From NCBI GenBank assembly GCA_964448075.1, contig CAYUUR010000002.1:645-64644 (forward strand): a DNA stretch of 64,000 bases, in the 5' to 3' direction. The notes beneath the pieces were generated by a model. The model was not told the origin of the DNA. It saw only the letters and a list, made by a program, of their open reading frames with translations, and did not search any database. The DNA is from an uncultured Candidatus Saccharibacteria bacterium (GTDB lineage: Bacteria > Patescibacteriota > Saccharimonadia > Saccharimonadales > CAYUUR01). Shown here in pieces: positions 59,290-64,000 of the stretch (the stretch's first letter is position 1; the number at the start of each line of letters is the position of its first letter). The position numbers and the translations under genes are program-made.

Positions 59290-60213
59290 ATGTTGTTTAC
59301 AAAGGCCAAAACCGATTTTCTGGAGTATCTCGAGATTGAACAGAACCGTTCACAGAAGACTATTGCCAACTACGACCATTACCTCACCCGCCTCAGCGAC
59401 TACGCTGGTGACATCAAAGTCGCCGACATCGACCCGGAGCTCGTCCGCAAATGGCGTCTCTGGCTCAACCGCTTAGGCACCAATGTCAGTGATGAGCTGC
59501 AAAAATCTACCCAGAACTACCACCTCATAGCCCTACGGAGCTTCCTAAAATATTGCGCCAAGCGCGACATCCCTACCCTCGCGCCAGATAAGATCGAACT
59601 AGCACGCACCAAGCGAAAACAAGTCACCTTTCTGAACGCAGAAGAAGTCCTAACTCTTTTTAAACAGCCTGACGTAGCGACACTATCGGGTTTACGCGAC
59701 CGAGCCATCTTAGAGTTGCTGTTTTCGAGCGGGCTACGCGTGTCTGAGCTTGTGGGCCTCAATCGCGACCACATCAACCTCAAACGACGCGAGTTCATGG
59801 TACGTGGTAAGGGCCAGAAAGACCGACCAATCTTTATCAGTCCGGAGGCCGCGGCGTGGGTGGAACAATACATCGCAAAACGAGAAGACACATTGCCGGC
59901 GCTATTCATTCGGCACGGTCGCGGTGGAGCCAAAGCCGTTAATACTTCTGGTAACTACAACCGCCTCACCGCCAGAAGCATCCAACGCATGGTGGCACGT
60001 TATGCCCTGCTGGCTGGCATAACCAAGCATGTATCGCCTCATACACTGCGGCACAGCTTTGCTACTGACCTCCTGATGAACGGCGCCGATCTACGCTCAG
60101 TACAGGCTTTACTCGGCCATAGCAACATCGCAACCACACAAATCTACACGCACGTTACCGACCCGCATCTCAAATCCGTTCACGAAAAATACCACCGCCA
60201 CCAGCAAGATTAG
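59290..60213 (+). CDS. XerC/XerD-family tyrosine recombinase
   Basis: N-terminal SAM-like domain, RDRAILELLFSSGLRVSE, HTLRHSFAT, LLGH, TTQIYTHV. Confidence 0.93.
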   Translation: MLFTKAKTDFLEYLEIEQNRSQKTIANYDHYLTRLSDYAGDIKVADIDPELVRKWRLWLNRLGTNVSDELQKSTQNYHLIALRSFLKYCAKRDIPTLAPDKIELARTKRKQVTFLNAEEVLTLFKQPDVATLSGLRDRAILELLFSSGLRVSELVGLNRDHINLKRREFMVRGKGQKDRPIFISPEAAAWVEQYIAKREDTLPALFIRHGRGGAKAVNTSGNYNRLTARSIQRMVARYALLAGITKHVSPHTLRHSFATDLLMNGADLRSVQALLGHSNIATTQIYTHVTDPHLKSVHEKYHRHQQD

Positions 60214-61352
60214 TATGGTAGACTAGAGAAATTTTCAAGCTTACAACTCTCTGTCGTACGAGGATCAAGCTGGTATGGACCACTCGTACTGCCACTAATT
60301 GGCGCGCCGAGACTAACTTCACTATCGCTCGGCCAAGTGTTAAACCGCTTACAGATTGATTCAAAGGCTTCAACAGCGAATTCAGGATAGACAGAGCTAC
60401 CTGTGGTCAACGGAACACTCACTTTTATTCTACGTAGAACATCGGCAGCCTTGCCAGTTGCGTCAATCTCAGCTTGGGCATTTGCCAATTCTAACGGTGT
60501 ATTGCTCCCTGCCGCAAACGCCTGTACGGTGACATTTACGCCATTGTAGATGGCCTTAAGGCGCAGGAAAGCCGACGCACGGCTCACATTTGTGATCTCG
60601 ACGCTACAAGGGTTTGGTGCGCCGTTTGTATCGCAATTGCCTTTTAAGAACTTACCCTGTGCAGTGCGATCGGTATTGTACGCTGTACTGTTAACACCAG
60701 AAACGACCGAAGCATCATTCGGGTACAAAAACGCATGGAAGGATTGGGCAACTAAATCGTCACGATCGGTTGTGTCTGGTATAAGCATAGCCCTGACAAC
60801 CCCGGTGGTATTACCCCATTTGTTAGGGCCAGATCCATTAGGCACTAGTAAGTTGCCGTTAATCGATGCTGCATCGGTCACGAATGGCGCACTGTTATCT
60901 GTTGATCCCCAGCTGATAACAATCCTATCGATTTGCTGGCCATTGGCGGACTGCACCTTAGTTACCCATGAGCTGTCTGTCGTATCAAGCTTCTTAGACA
61001 AAATATCTGGAGTCGTATCGATCAGGAGACAGCTGACACTCACGTTCGTATTGACGCCAATAGCACCGCCACCGCTGGCAATCGGTGAATTGTTGGCTGC
61101 ACAGTCGTTAATCTCAAGCACATCGTTGCTGGCTATTGCAGCATCAACCGCATCACGCGCGATGTTTACGCCACTCTCAGCCGCATAGAAAGCCTGTGTG
61201 CTCAACTGCTGGTCAAGCGCCTGGCGCTGCTCACGACGCATCAGATTAGCAAAGCCCACGGCAATAAGCGTCACAATACCAAGGATAATCAACGTTACCG
61301 TGATTGCCGCCATGCCTGACTCATTTGACTGTAAGCGCTTATTTTCTGTCAT
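60210..61352 (-). CDS. PilX-like minor pilin
   Basis: NESGMAAITV class III signal without E5; QAFYAAESG. Confidence 0.8.
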   Translation of the reverse strand: MTENKRLQSNESGMAAITVTLIILGIVTLIAVGFANLMRREQRQALDQQLSTQAFYAAESGVNIARDAVDAAIASNDVLEINDCAANNSPIASGGGAIGVNTNVSVSCLLIDTTPDILSKKLDTTDSSWVTKVQSANGQQIDRIVISWGSTDNSAPFVTDAASINGNLLVPNGSGPNKWGNTTGVVRAMLIPDTTDRDDLVAQSFHAFLYPNDASVVSGVNSTAYNTDRTAQGKFLKGNCDTNGAPNPCSVEITNVSRASAFLRLKAIYNGVNVTVQAFAAGSNTPLELANAQAEIDATGKAADVLRRIKVSVPLTTGSSVYPEFAVEAFESICKRFNTWPSDSEVSLGAPISGSTSGPYQLDPRTTESCKLENFSSLPY

Positions 61353-62041
61353 CGTATTCTCCTAAATAACGTCGTGTTTAGCTCTGAGGTAGCGCACCAT
61401 TGTGAACCAAGCCCTGAGCCAACACAGGTCGCTGTGTTAGGGGTGTCCAAATCAAGCAATTCATTGTCAGCCCCATAGGCAACGCCCACACGGAATGTAA
61501 CCAGCCCGGCATTCGCATCAATCTCTTGTGGAGGGTCAAGCCTAAATAATCGCATCCCTTCGCCAAGCATCTCTTTGCCGTCACTGGCAAGGTTGGTTTG
61601 AGTTATGTCGAGAGGAGCACAAGTCTCTGGACGTGCATCACGCCATAATGCACGTGGCACCCAGTTCTGCTGCTTATCGCCTGGCTCATATGTACTATAC
61701 GTACCAGAACTATTAACCTGCCCGTTAATGATGTAACTGTAGCGATTATTGCCGATGCAGAACGCTTGAACAGTAACTGTATCGCCAGCGGTATTTTGTA
61801 CTGGCAAGGTAGTGCCACTGACTTCGAAATTATTGCTAGAAAACTGGATGGCGCGTGAAACCTCATCACTAATTCCCCGTACCGTCTCTTGCGTACGCGA
61901 GGTCACGACACCTTTGTAATACAAGCGCCCAATCTGCACCAACATCGTCGCCGCGCCAAGCAATAGCACCGAGAAGACTACTGTTGCAATCATGAGTTCA
62001 AGTATCGTAAAGCCTTTTTGTGATTTGTTTAGACGAATCAT
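61349..62041 (-). CDS. PilW-like minor pilin
   Basis: QKGFTILELMIA N-methylation motif. Confidence 0.85.
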   Translation of the reverse strand: MIRLNKSQKGFTILELMIATVVFSVLLLGAATMLVQIGRLYYKGVVTSRTQETVRGISDEVSRAIQFSSNNFEVSGTTLPVQNTAGDTVTVQAFCIGNNRYSYIINGQVNSSGTYSTYEPGDKQQNWVPRALWRDARPETCAPLDITQTNLASDGKEMLGEGMRLFRLDPPQEIDANAGLVTFRVGVAYGADNELLDLDTPNTATCVGSGLGSQWCATSELNTTLFRRIR

Positions 62042-62466
62042 TCCTGATACCCCCGGTACACTAACTGAGCTTGCTCTTTGCCGCCACCAATCCTATCCCA
62101 GCGTACAGTAACGGTGTACGTCTGGTCGGTTTTATCGACAAAGATATTATAAACACCATTAAGGTTTTTACACTGGTCTGGGTACGACGCGTAGTCGTCT
62201 TGCAAGTAGTCGGCTGGCGGCGTCTCAGAAAAAGCCACCTTGGCCGAACCATTAAAACAAAAACGCCCTGTTTGGTTGGGTATGGCTTTGATGGTTTCTA
62301 CCTGTGACTCAGCAATCTTTGTGGCCTCAGATCGCTCTTGCGCCTGACGACTGTTACGAAGCGCCGCATTGACAATGCTGTAGGCGCCACCAACAATCAT
62401 GCCAAGCACTGCTAGGCTAATCAGCACCTCGACAATTGTATCGCCACGTTGATTACGCTTAAACAT
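62038..62466 (-). CDS. PilV-like minor pilin
   Basis: QRGDTIVEVLI prepilin motif; start at ATG 62466 (MFKRNQ). Confidence 0.82.
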   Translation of the reverse strand: MFKRNQRGDTIVEVLISLAVLGMIVGGAYSIVNAALRNSRQAQERSEATKIAESQVETIKAIPNQTGRFCFNGSAKVAFSETPPADYLQDDYASYPDQCKNLNGVYNIFVDKTDQTYTVTVRWDRIGGGKEQAQLVYRGYQE

Positions 62467-63247
62467 TGCAGACCTCTGGTACGTCGTCAACAACAAGCTC
62501 CGTAGAAATACCTGAAGCAGTGTCCCCTATCGTCATAACAGCCTTACGAGCGGCGGAGCCGTTGTCGTTTGCTAGACACACTGTAGCTGATTTGATTAAG
62601 TTTGATTCCGTTATACCGGCTACCTTAAGGCTGAATGCTTGGCCTCCTGTTGGAACAGAGAATAACCGCGAAGACTGCGAACCGCCAATAGGGTCATCGT
62701 TGGCGTCGTAACTTGCCAGACTCGTCAACAAGGCGATGCCGCTAATCTCAGTGCCTTCGTCATCAAAAACCCCTGTTACCCTTAAGCCAGACTGCATAAT
62801 ATAATCGTCATTATACGCCGTTGGGGCGACCTTTGGCTGAGCTAACGTCAGAGAAGTTACCTCTTTGCCTGCACTCTGACGCTTACCTGCAACAGTCACA
62901 AACGACAATGTCGTACAGCCACCACTACAGCCGGTAAGCTGGACAGCCTTACCAAGGAATATACAGCTTTCGTTCGTTCCCTGTGTATTACTACCGCTAA
63001 CAGTAAAGGAGACTTCCGTACCTGTACCGCTACAAGTAAACGCTTTGGTGTCAGAAAAATAGCCAGTTGTGATGTCGTTCGCAACATCACGTAACTTTGA
63101 CTCAAAATCACGCGTACCCTGCGTAAAGCGTGTTCTTTCTTGCTGCCCATTAAATGCCAGCATCGCCACAATAAACATCGCACTGGTAACAGCCAGCACG
63201 ATCATTGCTTCAATAATCGTAAATCCTCGGTTTTTGAGGCAGTTCAT
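62459..63247 (-). CDS. Type IV minor pilin (FimT/GspH-like)
   Basis: RGFTIIEAMIVLA prepilin motif. Confidence 0.82.
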   Translation of the reverse strand: MNCLKNRGFTIIEAMIVLAVTSAMFIVAMLAFNGQQERTRFTQGTRDFESKLRDVANDITTGYFSDTKAFTCSGTGTEVSFTVSGSNTQGTNESCIFLGKAVQLTGCSGGCTTLSFVTVAGKRQSAGKEVTSLTLAQPKVAPTAYNDDYIMQSGLRVTGVFDDEGTEISGIALLTSLASYDANDDPIGGSQSSRLFSVPTGGQAFSLKVAGITESNLIKSATVCLANDNGSAARKAVMTIGDTASGISTELVVDDVPEVCNV

Positions 63248-63306
63248 AGGTTCAAGTATAGCATAAGCGCGTTGATTCTACCCTGTTTGTGGCGCATTCT
63301 AAGCGC

Positions 63307-64000
63307 TTAAAAACCAATTAATCCGTTATACCAATCAAGCACTCGAGCTCCAAACAAAAACACCAAGTAGCCGCCGGCGATAAGGAATGGCCCAAATGGC
63401 AGTTTACTCGTACGTTTTGCCTTACCTGCTACCATTAGCGGTAACGCCACGAGCGTACCAATCAGTGAAGAAGTAAAGAGTAGTAGTATGGCTGGCATTG
63501 GCCCGCCCACAATCAACCCCAGGAGCGCCCCTAGCTTAACGTCGCCGCCGCCAATCCATTTGCCGGCCGAAAGCTGAAACAACACGTAAAACAGCCCGCC
63601 ACCAATCAGAACGCCCCAGAAGGCCGTTAGTAGCGGATCAGCGCTACCCTGCCAAACGCACATGACAAGCACCTGCAACAGCGCCAGGATGGTCAGCGGC
63701 CATAGCATTGCATTAGGGAGTATCATCCAGCGGAGGTCATAGACAGAAAGTGCCATGAACCCAACTACATAAGCCAGCCAGAAGCCGAGATACACCCATT
63801 GCTCCGTGTTCATCACCTCTGGCCAGACGAGATACGATAATACAAATAACCCTGCTGTTAACAGCTCAACCAAAGGATACTGCCATGATATTACCTTGTG
63901 GCAGTATCGGCATTTACCACGCAAACTAGCCCAACTAATGACTGGTATGAGGTCTTTCGCAGCAAGCTCGTGCTCACACTCCGGGCACATTGAGCGACCA
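63307..64000 (-). CDS. pilD: Prepilin peptidase (A24), 5' end outside the window
   Basis: CPEC..L...DLIPVISW..LRGKCRYC, YPLVE, YDL, GGGDVKL, PFGPFL. Confidence 0.93.
   Translation of the reverse strand, partial: GRSMCPECEHELAAKDLIPVISWASLRGKCRYCHKVISWQYPLVELLTAGLFVLSYLVWPEVMNTEQWVYLGFWLAYVVGFMALSVYDLRWMILPNAMLWPLTILALLQVLVMCVWQGSADPLLTAFWGVLIGGGLFYVLFQLSAGKWIGGGDVKLGALLGLIVGGPMPAILLLFTSSLIGTLVALPLMVAGKAKRTSKLPFGPFLIAGGYLVFLFGARVLDWYNGLIGF

Noticed and set aside
59290-60213. Integrase of a mobile element near tRNA-Arg
   Set aside because: The sequence is housekeeping XerC/D-like, flanked by ndk and pilins, with no duplicated tRNA-Arg 3' end.

Overview
This is a chromosomal window from a Patescibacteria (CPR) genome, most likely Saccharimonadia/TM7. 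The assignment is inferred from gene content: a TGS-less ThrS, a CPR-type GT2, a VirD4/HerA-like ATPase, a DUF916/WxL-like cluster, a type IV minor-pilin cluster and a giant surface protein. Housekeeping genes are gyrA/gyrB, comM, infC-rpmI-rplT, an rnhA fusion, queA, tgt, miaA, thrS, rpmB, nrdR, ndk and a Xer recombinase. RNA genes are RNase P RNA, a compact 6S RNA candidate and six tRNAs (Pro, Val, Gly, Thr, Asp, Arg). There is also a 3534-aa surface protein. The most notable unexplained signals are mostly non-coding. (1) A ~575-nt, almost fully base-paired multi-domain element lies between nrdR and the GT2 gene (29985-30558) and looks like a large orphan ncRNA. (2) Two unrelated homing-endonuclease-like genes (HTH-LAGLIDADG-like and HNH) each read into the 5' end of a tRNA and stop at tRNA positions 8-10. 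(3) The thrS T-box has an ultra-short stem I. (4) Two promoter-to-terminator orphan sRNAs flank a C39 peptidase gene. (5) A TrmB / CoaB-like / ArgC-like islet sits next to tgt. (6) Leaderless gene starts are pervasive. All calls are from manual reading; no searches or folding programs were run.
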